IMG/VR virus record: IMGVR_UViG_3300042868_002472
Span: 1-57,556 of that record
Length of the DNA: 57,556 bases
Source: a virus
Taxonomy: Duplodnaviria; Caudoviricetes
Strand: one strand, 5' to 3'
The notes beneath the pieces are model-generated. The model was not told where the DNA came from and did not search any database. It was given only the letters and a program-made list of their open reading frames with translations. Shown one piece after another: positions 27,901-37,811 of the stretch (positions within the stretch are counted from its first letter, which is position 1; the number at the start of each line of letters is the position of its first letter). Both the position numbers and the translations under genes were made by a program.

Positions 27901-28884
27901 TGTACCTTTGCGTACAACGTTGGCCTCATGAACTTCGCCCATAACGTTAGAGTGACGCATTGCGCCGGAGCCTAAGCCACCTTGCTGCGTTACGCCACCT
28001 GGCGTGGTCTTAACAGTCTCTTCTAGTACGCCGTATCGACGAGCGTTTTCTGTAGCCTTGGCCAATCGTTCCTCTGCCGCTAGTTGCGCCTCGCGTAAAC
28101 GAGCAGCCTCTTTAGCAGCGTTCTCTACGGTCGCTGTTTGTATTTTAATACGGCCTGTGTGCTCGCCCTCTTTGGCAGACAAACGAGTTTCACCGGCAGC
28201 AATACGTTTTTCTGCTGACGTAACTTGACGTTGAGTGGCCTTTTCAGCAGCCTCAGCTTGTTTAAGTTTTGTTTCACCGTACGCACCACCAAGCACACCG
28301 GCTGTTGCACCTAATGTTGCACCAGTGGCTTCGGCTAAGGCGTTACGCTCAAAGGGAGCTTTTTGTTCTTTGGGAATGGTAATGATTGGTGTTTCGCCGG
28401 TATCAATCTCGGCTTCTTTTGGCTTGTATAGTTTGTCTAGTTGATCTACATAGTCAAGCGTCTCGGTTGGGATAACACTAAGATCATCTGTCTCTAAGAA
28501 CTTATCAGCCACACCAGGGCCAGCGTTGTAAGCAATCCCAGCAATGTATGGGTCGCCCTTATACTTATCGAGCATACGCTTGTAATAAGTAATGCCGCCA
28601 GAAATGTTTTGATCAATGTCGTTTGGATCAACTTTTAATTCTTCAGCTGTACCAGGCATTAATTGCATAGGGCCTAACGCGCCCTTTGGTGACGACCCAG
28701 TTTTAAAACGATTTTCAATGTGAGCAATGCCAAGCATAAGCTCAGGATCAACACCTTGCTTTTCAGCCTCGGCGACAATTTTTTCAGCAATAATTAATTG
28801 CTCATCAGACAGTTTAGAAAAATCAATCCCATTTGTTTCTTTACCCACCTCAATAGGAGGGAGAACAATAGTAGTTTCTGCCAT
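24991..28884 (-). CDS. internal virion (ejection) protein with N-terminal lytic transglycosylase (SLT) domain
   Basis: IAHIEN...SPKGALGPMQLMPGTA...NISGGITYY...AYNAGPG SLT motifs. Followed by coiled coils, a Gly-rich hydrophobic segment and a large C-terminal extension. Confidence 0.8.
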   Translation of the reverse strand: MAETTIVLPPIEVGKETNGIDFSKLSDEQLIIAEKIVAEAEKQGVDPELMLGIAHIENRFKTGSSPKGALGPMQLMPGTAEELKVDPNDIDQNISGGITYYKRMLDKYKGDPYIAGIAYNAGPGVADKFLETDDLSVIPTETLDYVDQLDKLYKPKEAEIDTGETPIITIPKEQKAPFERNALAEATGATLGATAGVLGGAYGETKLKQAEAAEKATQRQVTSAEKRIAAGETRLSAKEGEHTGRIKIQTATVENAAKEAARLREAQLAAEERLAKATENARRYGVLEETVKTTPGGVTQQGGLGSGAMRHSNVMGEVHEANVVRKGTEAAGSGYSQKSRLIVPDKYAGASVYNPEQIAAQKQLAAADAEYQRLAKAAENAETAAQKEAERLRNLTEKGPTGKTTAQANLDVAKQDYANAKAKKLPGLGTNVARYLSRIPGMSMLPGAGAGLDLVEAGERFKQGDYPGAAISGVGALGGALSMVPPIGPVGAGLKVIGGLTSLAAPAINYYRDSNEEEKSPAKFGLGGAVKGYAEGGNKGKDIDELVEYYGHRLDDSNSDMRSPVISDEGNVVRNMVAQRDRLADKYIGGAGRLASKGLEKLRDALNSSPAFDESVLYPKSSKLDVGDFLIGQMPEALYDYTTAGMPGPVLGNKWVPNPATGGMMHTDPYGDIRALDFLNLAGIEVPIVSAAKAGLPLVKAGGKKLFNELASQYEAGTGIGKYMVEPRMNIVEKDKGKTIRTNDRGAEVTRASRTNKKTGQYVGAPPGIDSPQALGALVNDYVKGMEQGLPGRNFYTDSSKDIWDRTGHNMTEADLLAQNIAILSRANNVGGNTSMSAKAHIQAATGDPIKTGRFPSKDSPPLQAMYDAGQAEYLGHKRDPFATQLGVAYAPERIGRGVNDMHEAELMGYPTGKVAGATQHSFMDEIRARAIDKANQTNLGGFNDWGTGNAQAAAWSGNKIRRGDISAGDAAKSYADYLPLHEANATYESVSSPVTGHLQGLLDAPFEERLKYTFDPSGSWDTSASGRDIGYTVSGLLPGESSYTVGRFKDSANPAFVARPVIGTETTAAGERAMTPGSEGALNAVEASRAYFDAQEAAAWHKLMPAKNADAYTGVTIDFGRDFTKADMEKVAPLFESKGYYIASAPDGVTVMTNSNTPVGKDFSNDIRQILKNNKNIFSNTKTDFGALKSKYIDYGDAWSSGVPGSVTKELLKYIDAAPVTGSKLEGSQLYRDTVKARTARDLTAEEAGLGKVREDMVRAREIFAKDGWAGLRKAAEAGIVPAVFLSPNAVPEDWR

Positions 28885-28886
28885 GT

Positions 28887-31475
28887 TTATCTTCCTTGAC
28901 GGTTAGCGCGTTCTTGTCTTAAACGTTCTACTATACTGCCGCCAGTGCTTGCCGGGCCTTTATATTCAAACGGAATATTATTTTTTTGCACAAAGTCCAT
29001 GTACTTCTTATCATACGCTGCTTCAATATTTTTGAATTCAGGCGTTTGATAAAAAGATTGTGGTCCAGCTTCAGGGTGCTTAGATTTATACGCTTGGTAA
29101 GCATCAATCACTCTAGCTTGTTTGGCCGCACCGATTTCAATCATGCCAGCCTTACGTTGAACAGTCACAGGGTCGTCAGACAATTGCGGACCAATGAACT
29201 TAGCCAATTCACCCTCTACGTTAGACACGGGGCCTTCACCTTTAAGGTATAACTTACGGAAGCCAATTTCCATCTCAATCAATGGTTGTAAGACTTGACG
29301 ACGTGCTTGTAAGTCTGTTTTGCTTAATTTTAACTTAGCTAAAGGCTCTTCAACGTCAACGCTGATTGCGCCCCACGGTGTGCTTACGCCCTTATCAATA
29401 ATAGTAGCAACCGCGTTACTTAAACCAGGGTCGGCAATTATACCGAAGGATTTAGGGTTAGTTTTAGCCATACCTGAGATAGTCTTAGCAAGCTGTACTT
29501 GTTTTTGAGCAAATGGTTTAGACGCAACCAATGTTTTGCCCTCTTCAATGTCTGCCTTTGCTTGCTCAGTAAGCGCTACTTTTTTAGCTTCCATTTGTTC
29601 TTGTGACAAAGGTGCTTGTTGTTGAGCTGCACCAGGAGTTGGGCTTGCTTGAGCACCCTTAGGAGCTAAACGAGTAGGCAATATGCTAGACTCATAGTAC
29701 TTGCGAGCCTCAGGGCCAGTAAGTTTAAACGTGCCGCCTAACTCAGGAACAGACACATCTATTTGCTCAACCTTGCCTTGTAGGTTGTCTTGAATAATTT
29801 CATTACCTTTCTCCGGAGAAATAGCGTTATTGGCAACTAAATACTTAACGCCTCTGATTAAGTCAGAAGGCTTGTTGTTTTCTTTAGCGAAGTCAATCAA
29901 TGTTGCAATGGCTTTCTCTGGCGGCTGTGTCAAAATAAGCGCTCTCATGTCATCTGGCAAACCGTCGCTATCACTAGCTGATTTTCCTGAAACGTCATCA
30001 ATAACGTTTTTGCCTTTGTTCATGTACTTGTAGACCATTTTTTGTAAGTTTTCTTCTTTGCCCAACTCACGTTGCTCTTTTAATAAACCCATGCGAGCTT
30101 GAATGTTAGCAATTTGTTGTGCCGCACCAAGGCGCTCTGATTCTTTACGTGAGGCCATTGTGTCTGCCAATGACTCAGCAACTGGGCCTAGGCTTTCACC
30201 AAAACTACCAAACCTTGTAGGCCTGCCTAACGCAGCCGCTATTCTAAAGTAAGCCTCTGCGTCAGATGCGCCTGTATTTTTAGGTTGTTGTTTGCCAAGC
30301 GCAGTTTGCAATTGTGCTAACAAAGCGCGTTGTTCTTCGTAAGATTTAGCCTGGGCAGGATCAATGTCATAACGTTGAGCCATTTGATTGATAGGCTCAT
30401 CTTGTCGCGTAGGAAATTGTTGTTGCCCCGCTGCAAAAGCATCAGCAAACGCTTGGCCGTTATCATCAGTTACTAAATCGCCATCTGCATAACCACGTAC
30501 GGCACCGCCGTTGTAAAATTGTTTAGGTTGCATTGCTGGCGGCTGACCCATAGGCATTTGGCCCATAGGCATTTGGCCCATAGGTGGTTGGCCCATAGGT
30601 ATTTGGCCCATAGGTGGTTGACCCATAGGCGGTTGGCTCATAGGAGCTTGACCTAGTGGTCGGATTGGTTGACGCTGAATGTTATAACGTTGCATCATGT
30701 CTTGCACCATTGGTTTCTGTGGTTGAACTGCGCCGCCGTCAGCGTACTTACGCATAAGGCCACCACATGCGGCAGCCGTCACTGTTTGTTCTTGTTGCGC
30801 TTGTTTAGGCGCAAACTTATTGTAGTATGCGTTTTGTACTACCGGCGTTTCGTACATTTGAACAGGTTTATAATACTCTTGTGGATTAGCTTTAACGGCA
30901 GCAGCGCGAGTATTGTAATCAGCTAAACTGGCATCGTACGCACTTTGATTGGCCGTGCGACTGGCGTTGTACTCATCAACGATTTTTTGTTGTTCTTGGG
31001 CTGCAGTTAAGTCATTACCCTTGTTATAGTCAGCGATGTAAGAATTGTACATTTTGTCTGTCAATGCGGTTTTACCACCACCGTACTGCGCCAGTATTTG
31101 CGCTTGCTGCTCTGGCGTTACTGTCTGTTTAAAAGAAGACAAATTAATATTATTGGCAGTGTTGTAATTCTTAATATAATCATTTAACGCAGTCTCATTA
31201 AAGGCTGAGGCTGTTTTGGTTGGATTGCGAGTGTTGTAATCTTGCAACACCCTGTTAGCATAAGTAGACAATGCACTGGTTGGATTAGCTACATCGTATC
31301 TAAGCGCAGGCGCAGAGCCTTGTTGTGCCATTAGCTGTTGTAACTCATAACCATAGCTAGGCGTATAGGGAGCAGGAGTAATATTGTATTGTGTATTAAT
31401 ACTTGCCGGCGTTGCGTAATTAGCCAACAACGATTTCCAATCATATGGATTTGGATTGTATGTAGTATTCGCCAT
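28887..31475 (-). CDS. putative internal virion/ejection protein
   Basis: 862 aa, Q/A-rich and helical. Position among ejection genes. Confidence 0.6.
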   Translation of the reverse strand: MANTTYNPNPYDWKSLLANYATPASINTQYNITPAPYTPSYGYELQQLMAQQGSAPALRYDVANPTSALSTYANRVLQDYNTRNPTKTASAFNETALNDYIKNYNTANNINLSSFKQTVTPEQQAQILAQYGGGKTALTDKMYNSYIADYNKGNDLTAAQEQQKIVDEYNASRTANQSAYDASLADYNTRAAAVKANPQEYYKPVQMYETPVVQNAYYNKFAPKQAQQEQTVTAAACGGLMRKYADGGAVQPQKPMVQDMMQRYNIQRQPIRPLGQAPMSQPPMGQPPMGQIPMGQPPMGQMPMGQMPMGQPPAMQPKQFYNGGAVRGYADGDLVTDDNGQAFADAFAAGQQQFPTRQDEPINQMAQRYDIDPAQAKSYEEQRALLAQLQTALGKQQPKNTGASDAEAYFRIAAALGRPTRFGSFGESLGPVAESLADTMASRKESERLGAAQQIANIQARMGLLKEQRELGKEENLQKMVYKYMNKGKNVIDDVSGKSASDSDGLPDDMRALILTQPPEKAIATLIDFAKENNKPSDLIRGVKYLVANNAISPEKGNEIIQDNLQGKVEQIDVSVPELGGTFKLTGPEARKYYESSILPTRLAPKGAQASPTPGAAQQQAPLSQEQMEAKKVALTEQAKADIEEGKTLVASKPFAQKQVQLAKTISGMAKTNPKSFGIIADPGLSNAVATIIDKGVSTPWGAISVDVEEPLAKLKLSKTDLQARRQVLQPLIEMEIGFRKLYLKGEGPVSNVEGELAKFIGPQLSDDPVTVQRKAGMIEIGAAKQARVIDAYQAYKSKHPEAGPQSFYQTPEFKNIEAAYDKKYMDFVQKNNIPFEYKGPASTGGSIVERLRQERANRQGR
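30544..30660 (-). repeat. 15-nt tandem repeat encoding (x-P-M-G-Q) x8
   Basis: TTGGCCCATAGGCAT-like units. Protein reads RPLGQ APMSQ PPMGQ PPMGQ IPMGQ PPMGQ MPMGQ MPMGQ. Confidence 0.9.
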
Positions 31476-31485
31476 AATTTATTCC

Positions 31486-32823
31486 TTAAGGATTGGCTAA
31501 TTTATAAATACCGGCAAGAGCGGCTAATCCTTGTGCACCTTGAGTAGCGATGCTAGGACCATAACCAGTGCCTGTTTGAGTTTGTGATGTAGCCACATTA
31601 GGCGCCATACCACGAATTTGCGTGTTAAGCCAATCAGCTTGTGTTTTAGGATAGTCTTGTTGCTCTTTCCAGGAAGCATAAGCAGCGTCTAACTCTTGTT
31701 GTTTTTGAGCTTGTTGCGCAGAACCAATTGATTGCAGTGCTGCGGCATCACCAGTCATCAGACCTTGCTGTTGTTGCGCTTGATTAGCCAACTGTTGTAA
31801 CGCTGACTGCTGACGCTGCGCCTCACTGATTGAGGTGCCTGCGTATTGATTACCAATGTTGGCTAAATTCTGTTGTTGCTGACCAGTTAGTGTGCCGTAA
31901 CTTTGACCAATATTTTGAGCTTGTTGTGCCGCTTGTAACTGAGAGGCAATATCTTGAGCACCAACTGCGCCATATTGTTGACCAGCTTGCAGTAACGCTT
32001 GTTGTTGCTGACCAGTCAATGTACCGGCAGCTTGACCAACTTGAAGTTGTTTTTGTGCCTCAGCTTGAGCAGCAGACATAGCTTGGCCATAACCTTGTTG
32101 CAGCGCCTGAGCTTGTTGATTTAGAACAGACTCTTGTGTATCGCGCAATGCACGTTGACCAAACTCACCCATGCGAGTACCACCAAACGTACCAGACCGA
32201 ATAAACGCATCGGACACACCAGGCAATAAGTTTTCAGACAGATTACGCGCACCAAGATTAGCAATCTGGCTTGTAACAGCCTGGTTGTAAGGGTTCATGT
32301 AATCTTGAATGTAATTAGCAGAAGACTGACCAGCTCTGCCTAAATACGGTTGCGCAGCATTAATGCCGCTTGTTTGTTGCGCCTGATTTAGATAGCCTGT
32401 TACGCCAGGTAACATCTTTTGACCAGCGGCGTTGGTAACTAAATTTGATGATTGTTTTAAATAAGGATCAGCTGATGCAACTGCATCCATTCCGGCAGCT
32501 TTTTGCATGTAACCTAAACCAGTATCAACACCTGCGTTTTGACCAGTTAAAGCCTCAGTGCCAGTCATGGCGGTCGTCATGCCAGGTTGCCAAGCACCAA
32601 CATTCTCACGAGTCATTTGATACGCGGTTTGCGTATCAGGTGTTGCTGTTGATACACGAGGGATTGCCTTACCAGAGGGGTCCGTATACGCTTGATACGG
32701 CATGTTAGCAATAGTAGTGGCAGTGTTTATTTGATTATAAATGGCATCCTGTAACCATTTCGGTTGGTCAGTGGTTGTTTTAACGTACGTTGGTGCGGGT
32801 GTACCGCTAAATAAATCAGCCAT
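31486..32823 (-). CDS. putative ejection/DNA pilot protein
   Basis: Q/A/G-rich helical repeats, YMNPY and GTFGGTR motifs. Confidence 0.6.
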   Translation of the reverse strand: MADLFSGTPAPTYVKTTTDQPKWLQDAIYNQINTATTIANMPYQAYTDPSGKAIPRVSTATPDTQTAYQMTRENVGAWQPGMTTAMTGTEALTGQNAGVDTGLGYMQKAAGMDAVASADPYLKQSSNLVTNAAGQKMLPGVTGYLNQAQQTSGINAAQPYLGRAGQSSANYIQDYMNPYNQAVTSQIANLGARNLSENLLPGVSDAFIRSGTFGGTRMGEFGQRALRDTQESVLNQQAQALQQGYGQAMSAAQAEAQKQLQVGQAAGTLTGQQQQALLQAGQQYGAVGAQDIASQLQAAQQAQNIGQSYGTLTGQQQQNLANIGNQYAGTSISEAQRQQSALQQLANQAQQQQGLMTGDAAALQSIGSAQQAQKQQELDAAYASWKEQQDYPKTQADWLNTQIRGMAPNVATSQTQTGTGYGPSIATQGAQGLAALAGIYKLANP

Positions 32824-32824
32824 C

Positions 32825-34804
32825 TTATTTCCCTCCTAAATATGCCAACGGGCTTTTAGCGTTTGGGCTTATTTTACCCTTAGCTAAATTTCTACCCTTG
32901 TGCATTCTAATTTGTTCTCTCATTCGATCAAGACGACTTGCGCCCTCATCAGTACTGCCGTCACCCAACATGGCAACTGTCTCGGCGTCTATCACGTACT
33001 CACCGTCACTTAATCTAGCCTCTATTGTATCATCACGACCTGATCCACCACCACGAGCTAACATAGATAATATTCCGCCCTCAGCCTTACCAACAGGAAC
33101 ATTAGCTGGCGTAGCATACGCACCCCCTGCCACGTTCCCCCAGTTTTGTGCTAACCATGTACCGAGTTGATTTGTGCTCTCAAGGTATTGACGTTGTTGC
33201 GGATCCATAGCACCAACCATGTTCATTAACTTGCGTTGATCAGGGTGACCTTCTTGTTGTACTGTTTGTGGTAATTTTTTAGGGCCCATTAAACTAAGGG
33301 CACCCATACCAAGCGCACCATACTTAAGCATATCCATACCACCCATGCCGCCTGGAGCGGTACCAGCTGGTGTGGCTGGCGTGGCTGGTGTAGCTGGTGT
33401 TGCACCTTGACCAATACCCGTAGCACTTTGTAAATGCTGTAAGAAGCTTTGGCTTGTATCGGGTTGCGATGTAAAGCCATAGTTTCCAACAGCCTGTGCG
33501 CCAGTTTGAGTAGGATTAAAATTAGGTACAGCAGGTTGTAAGCTGTATGGGTTTGTTGTACCAGGCGCAGTCGCTGGAACATCACCCATGTTAGTTTGCC
33601 CCATGTTAGGACCAATTGGTTGTTGCCCCATGTTGGCTAAGGTACTTGCATTATAAGCGTCAGTACTAGTTGGCTCAGGAATACCGCTTTGTGGTTGAAT
33701 TAATTGGTTGTTAATAGCTTCTTGCGCGGTAGGCTGAATAATTTCTTGCAGGGCTGGGCTAGAGAAGTTCATGCCTTGCAATGCAATGTTACCTGCACCG
33801 CCCATCGCTCCCATTGTTGCGCCAGCCAATGGACTGCCGCCAAGGTTTGCACCAGTTTTTGCACCCTCTACGGCAGAGCTTGCAATCTTATTAAGTGCAC
33901 CTTCACCTTTAAGGAAGTCACCGGTTGGCTTGTAACCTTGTAATAAATTGCCAGCTATATTAGTGGCACCAGCAGTTAGTGCCCCCTTAAGAGCACCTTG
34001 CCCTGTGACAGTACCTGCTAAGGCGCCAGAAATTCCTGAGTTTAGTAGACCCTTAGTTGTAGAACTAAGTCCTGAGGTAACACTGCTTGGTAAAATGTCA
34101 CCAAATCCACCGGCACCAGCGTAACCACCAATACCACCTAGCGCAGCACCTTGAAGGATGTTGCCACCACTTAAGGCGGCCATGCCGCCACCGATAACGG
34201 CTTGTCCAGCAGCTGCTGCCATAGCGCCAGTTAACCCAAATGATTGACCAATCATTGGTGCAAGTTGTGGGAACGCAATCATTAAACCAACTTGGAATAT
34301 TGGGCTTGTTACAATACCCTTTGCTACTTTTACAACACCTTTAACTATCTTCTTAAGAAACTTGCCAAACTTAAACTCTGGTAGTCCAGTAGATGGATTA
34401 ATCGTACCAGAGCCACCCATTCTCTTTAATGCGCGCGCTTCCATTGGATTAATGTGTGCAAGAATGGTGTCCCCACCACGGCCCTTAGCCGCTAACTCCT
34501 TTGCTGCGCTAGCTAGGCCACCTCGCTTATAACCAGTCTCGCTATTACGCGCTTCCATCTCTTTAAGTACGCCTAAGATGGCTGCAATTAATTGTGCGTC
34601 ATACTCTTCTGGTAAGTCGCCCTCATCAAGCACATCACTTTCAATAGCTTGTTGTAATACTTGAGCATACTGATCTGGATGCTGAATAATGTATGTAAAC
34701 ATCTCAACAAGTTGTTGAATCTCTTCATTAGACAAGTCTAAGCCTTCGATGCCTTTGCGGATCTCTGCTTTGTATTGTGCTAGTTGTTGATTATTTTGGT
34801 CCAT
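32825..34804 (-). CDS. putative ejection protein with Gly-rich membrane-active segment
   Basis: GRGGDTILAHINP...TINPSTGLPEF and GSGRDDTIEARLSDGEYV modules flank a Gly/Ala-rich hydrophobic region. Confidence 0.6.
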   Translation of the reverse strand: MDQNNQQLAQYKAEIRKGIEGLDLSNEEIQQLVEMFTYIIQHPDQYAQVLQQAIESDVLDEGDLPEEYDAQLIAAILGVLKEMEARNSETGYKRGGLASAAKELAAKGRGGDTILAHINPMEARALKRMGGSGTINPSTGLPEFKFGKFLKKIVKGVVKVAKGIVTSPIFQVGLMIAFPQLAPMIGQSFGLTGAMAAAAGQAVIGGGMAALSGGNILQGAALGGIGGYAGAGGFGDILPSSVTSGLSSTTKGLLNSGISGALAGTVTGQGALKGALTAGATNIAGNLLQGYKPTGDFLKGEGALNKIASSAVEGAKTGANLGGSPLAGATMGAMGGAGNIALQGMNFSSPALQEIIQPTAQEAINNQLIQPQSGIPEPTSTDAYNASTLANMGQQPIGPNMGQTNMGDVPATAPGTTNPYSLQPAVPNFNPTQTGAQAVGNYGFTSQPDTSQSFLQHLQSATGIGQGATPATPATPATPAGTAPGGMGGMDMLKYGALGMGALSLMGPKKLPQTVQQEGHPDQRKLMNMVGAMDPQQRQYLESTNQLGTWLAQNWGNVAGGAYATPANVPVGKAEGGILSMLARGGGSGRDDTIEARLSDGEYVIDAETVAMLGDGSTDEGASRLDRMREQIRMHKGRNLAKGKISPNAKSPLAYLGGK

Positions 34805-34825
34805 AATTAATTCCTAATCTTAATT

Positions 34826-35062
34826 CTATGATAGTGTATCCACAAATCGTTCTGCCCAATCTTGCCAATTATTAAACTGGTAAGGATTAGGTGGTGAGTA
34901 AGTACTCAACCCGGTGTTTGCCACCCATTGCACCGCCCAATCTTTCCATTCTTCATCGTTCATCAACTTAGAAAAGCTACCAAAGCTATCTAAATCTAAA
35001 ATAATTTGATCTGCCCAATCTCTTAATTCTAATCCGTAAGGGAGAGTTAAGTTGATGCTCAT
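34826..35062 (-). CDS. small Trp-rich hypothetical virion protein
   Basis: WKDWA...PNPYQFNNWQDWAERF. Coupled to the upstream gene. Confidence 0.6.
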   Translation of the reverse strand: MSINLTLPYGLELRDWADQIILDLDSFGSFSKLMNDEEWKDWAVQWVANTGLSTYSPPNPYQFNNWQDWAERFVDTLS

Positions 35063-36684
35063 TATACGCCGCCCAACACCGTACCGTCAGCTGGCTCAAT
35101 GTGCGCAATAACTTGGCCCATCTGGTAATCTCCACCAACGGTATTGCTTTCAAATTTAAAACGCATCTCACGGCGAATGTCTTTAAAGTACACGACTTGC
35201 TCTGGCACAGTCGCCGCTGAATCAGTAAATACTTTAGGCTCGCCTGTCACTTCTTTAGACCTGGCGTTAGCACGGCCAGTTACTTGAACGGTCATATCGC
35301 CAGCCTGTACAAAGTCTGGCTCAATCAAGTCGATCCTAATTGACTTGTTCATGGCGCCCTGTGGGTTAGCCAACAATGACATGTCTGCCAGTTCAAAGTA
35401 AGACTGAATTGGAAAGATGTTAGCGCCATCAATCTCATCAACACCTATCTCATGGCGCCATACTTTATAGCCATTATTTGTTTCTGTTCCACGAGTACGG
35501 CCGTCTTGCGTAATACGAATATCGCCTTCTTGAGTAATGCGTGTGTTAGAAGTATCAATATTAACTACGCCAGTTAAAAGCGGACCGTTAAATGCTGGTG
35601 AATATTGTCCAGCGCTACGTCCATCATTAGGCAATTCAGTATCGTACCAAGTGTTCTCACGAACGTTATAAACAACAGCGTGCGTGCATTCAGTCGCATC
35701 GCCTCTTGGATAACACCACCAAATCTCACCAAACCTTGGCACCTTAACGGCAAATACTTTCATTAAATAATTGCGGTTTACGTTATCGTAGAACCAGTTA
35801 AAGTTGAGCGAGTTAGGCAACTCTCTAACCACACCGTTGAACATATAAAAACGATCAACGCCAGCCCAGTAGTAAATACCATCGTACTCAATAATGCCGT
35901 TTGGCGACATAACTGTAATGCCGTCTGACACAGTGTCAAACTGAAACACCGTTGCTCCACCAGTGAAGGTACAACGAATTAATGAATCATACGCCCAAAA
36001 TAAACCAGCAGGTGCTGATCCAGAACCCGCTCTTAGCGTTAAGCCTTTGACAATCTTTTGACCTGCTACACGAGCAGTTCCAGAGCCCGATCCTGTTAAG
36101 TCTGTTGGATCACCGGCAACTGACCAGCCAATGATGCCAGCTGTGCCGTAATAAAATAAGTAAGGATGCAGAGCAACAATACCACCTGACACAGTTATAC
36201 CTGGCGGCAACGTTATTTCAGTTAACGGTGCTGTCCCAAGTAAATCACCTATAAATATGGCGCCTTGCGTGTCAGAACAAATACAACTTATATTTTCTGT
36301 GACATACGCTATCAACGAGTTATCCGTTGATGATGAGTCGTACATAACGTCAAACATCCAGGTGTTTTGTTCACTACCGGTAAAGCCAGATAGTGGCGTT
36401 CTGTTAGTAATAACTGAGCTATTACCATTGCCGTCTAGCGTAAAACGCTGTAAATACCTAGCTGAACCAGAGTGGCAGTACACCGTTCTTTGTTGAACAA
36501 AGTTTGTAAAGCCCCTGCTAATCTCAGTCAGGTACTTATTAATTGCTCGATAGCCCCACATCTTACGAGGAAGCCCACGTTGAAAACGAACCCACTGGCC
36601 GTCAACGTAAAAGTCACCTTCGTATTTAGTCCCATCCCGCTTAATGCCAGGGAGGGATTTCAAGACCATAGGGGTTGAAGGCAT
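35062..36684 (-). CDS. tail nozzle / packaged-DNA stabilisation protein (P22 gp10 / T7 gp12-like)
   Basis: 540 aa, beta-rich. PGIKRDGT...WVRF N-terminus and FGEIWWCYP. Position downstream of the adaptor. Confidence 0.6.
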   Translation of the reverse strand: MPSTPMVLKSLPGIKRDGTKYEGDFYVDGQWVRFQRGLPRKMWGYRAINKYLTEISRGFTNFVQQRTVYCHSGSARYLQRFTLDGNGNSSVITNRTPLSGFTGSEQNTWMFDVMYDSSSTDNSLIAYVTENISCICSDTQGAIFIGDLLGTAPLTEITLPPGITVSGGIVALHPYLFYYGTAGIIGWSVAGDPTDLTGSGSGTARVAGQKIVKGLTLRAGSGSAPAGLFWAYDSLIRCTFTGGATVFQFDTVSDGITVMSPNGIIEYDGIYYWAGVDRFYMFNGVVRELPNSLNFNWFYDNVNRNYLMKVFAVKVPRFGEIWWCYPRGDATECTHAVVYNVRENTWYDTELPNDGRSAGQYSPAFNGPLLTGVVNIDTSNTRITQEGDIRITQDGRTRGTETNNGYKVWRHEIGVDEIDGANIFPIQSYFELADMSLLANPQGAMNKSIRIDLIEPDFVQAGDMTVQVTGRANARSKEVTGEPKVFTDSAATVPEQVVYFKDIRREMRFKFESNTVGGDYQMGQVIAHIEPADGTVLGGV

Positions 36685-37808
36685 TAGAAGGATCCACCGT
36701 CAACTGGGTCAAGCCCTAAATTAATTCTAGCGCCAGCTGCTGTCGTTGCCCCTGTGCCACCCTCAGCGATCGAAATAGGACTAGATAATCCACCGGTATC
36801 GGCAGCAATAACGTCAGAACCATCACAATAAGTAATAGCACGGGCACCTTGTGCGATGGTTACGCCAACACCACCTGATGTTTTAATAGTAAAGGTATAC
36901 GCGCCTGTTGTATTATTGTCCACCCAATACTGTTGGATTGTTGGTGGAACAATAACACTGCGGTTGCCAGTTAAAATACCGGTAAAGCTATATGCCACGC
37001 GGTTTAGTTCGGTAGACGTCAGTGTGTAGTTACCAGAACCAGGTATGTTGACCACGGTATAATCAAAACCAAAGTCGGGGCTTCTGCCCAAACCAATGGT
37101 GTACCAGTCTGAACCGTCCGTTAAGATTAATGCTGAATCGTTAGGTTGAAACGCAACGCTAAGCCCAGCGTCAATTAAATTAACGCCTGATGGAGCAACC
37201 GTTAAGGTTCCTGAACCAATGTTTTTAACTTGAATAAAGAAGTTATCGCCCATTAGCGCAGCAGAGGGTAGCGTTAATGTACCGGCACCGCCATTCCAAA
37301 TAAAGGTATAGGCTCGATCGGTAATAAGAACAGTGTAGTTTACTGACAACGTAATTGTAGGTTGTGCCGTTTGCAGCGTTGAGCTAATAGCAATTAAACC
37401 GTTGCCGGCTAGAGTTGCAGCGTTAGCTGAAGATACAGCAGCGCCAAATTGATACGCTCGCCATGTGCCTGACTGAGTTGTGTTGTTTGTTAAGTATAGT
37501 TGCCACGTTGTACCAGCTGCTGCCGATAATAAAGTCACGCCTGTTGTAGACTTAACAATAATTGGATAAGAGCCTACGTTATTAAACAAGGTCGTGACAC
37601 CGTTACTTGCCTGCATGGCGTCCGGCATGTAGATAACTCGGTTAGCCTGGTCAGAGGTAACGTCAATAATACTTGAAACAACAGGCACTCCTGCGTCTGC
37701 TTCAAGAGGCCAAAATAGTATCTCGTCGCCGGTTAACGCTAACGCGCTGTATGAAACATCTGATGGGTAGATATTTGTTCCACCAAATACTTGGGTGTAG
37801 TTTGCCAT
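36684..37808 (-). CDS. tail structural protein
   Basis: Beta-rich, TLTLPSAA module, ISIAEGGTGATTAAGARINLG fibre motif, C-terminal DGGSF. Confidence 0.6.
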   Translation of the reverse strand: MANYTQVFGGTNIYPSDVSYSALALTGDEILFWPLEADAGVPVVSSIIDVTSDQANRVIYMPDAMQASNGVTTLFNNVGSYPIIVKSTTGVTLLSAAAGTTWQLYLTNNTTQSGTWRAYQFGAAVSSANAATLAGNGLIAISSTLQTAQPTITLSVNYTVLITDRAYTFIWNGGAGTLTLPSAALMGDNFFIQVKNIGSGTLTVAPSGVNLIDAGLSVAFQPNDSALILTDGSDWYTIGLGRSPDFGFDYTVVNIPGSGNYTLTSTELNRVAYSFTGILTGNRSVIVPPTIQQYWVDNNTTGAYTFTIKTSGGVGVTIAQGARAITYCDGSDVIAADTGGLSSPISIAEGGTGATTAAGARINLGLDPVDGGSF

Positions 37809-37811
37809 TTA

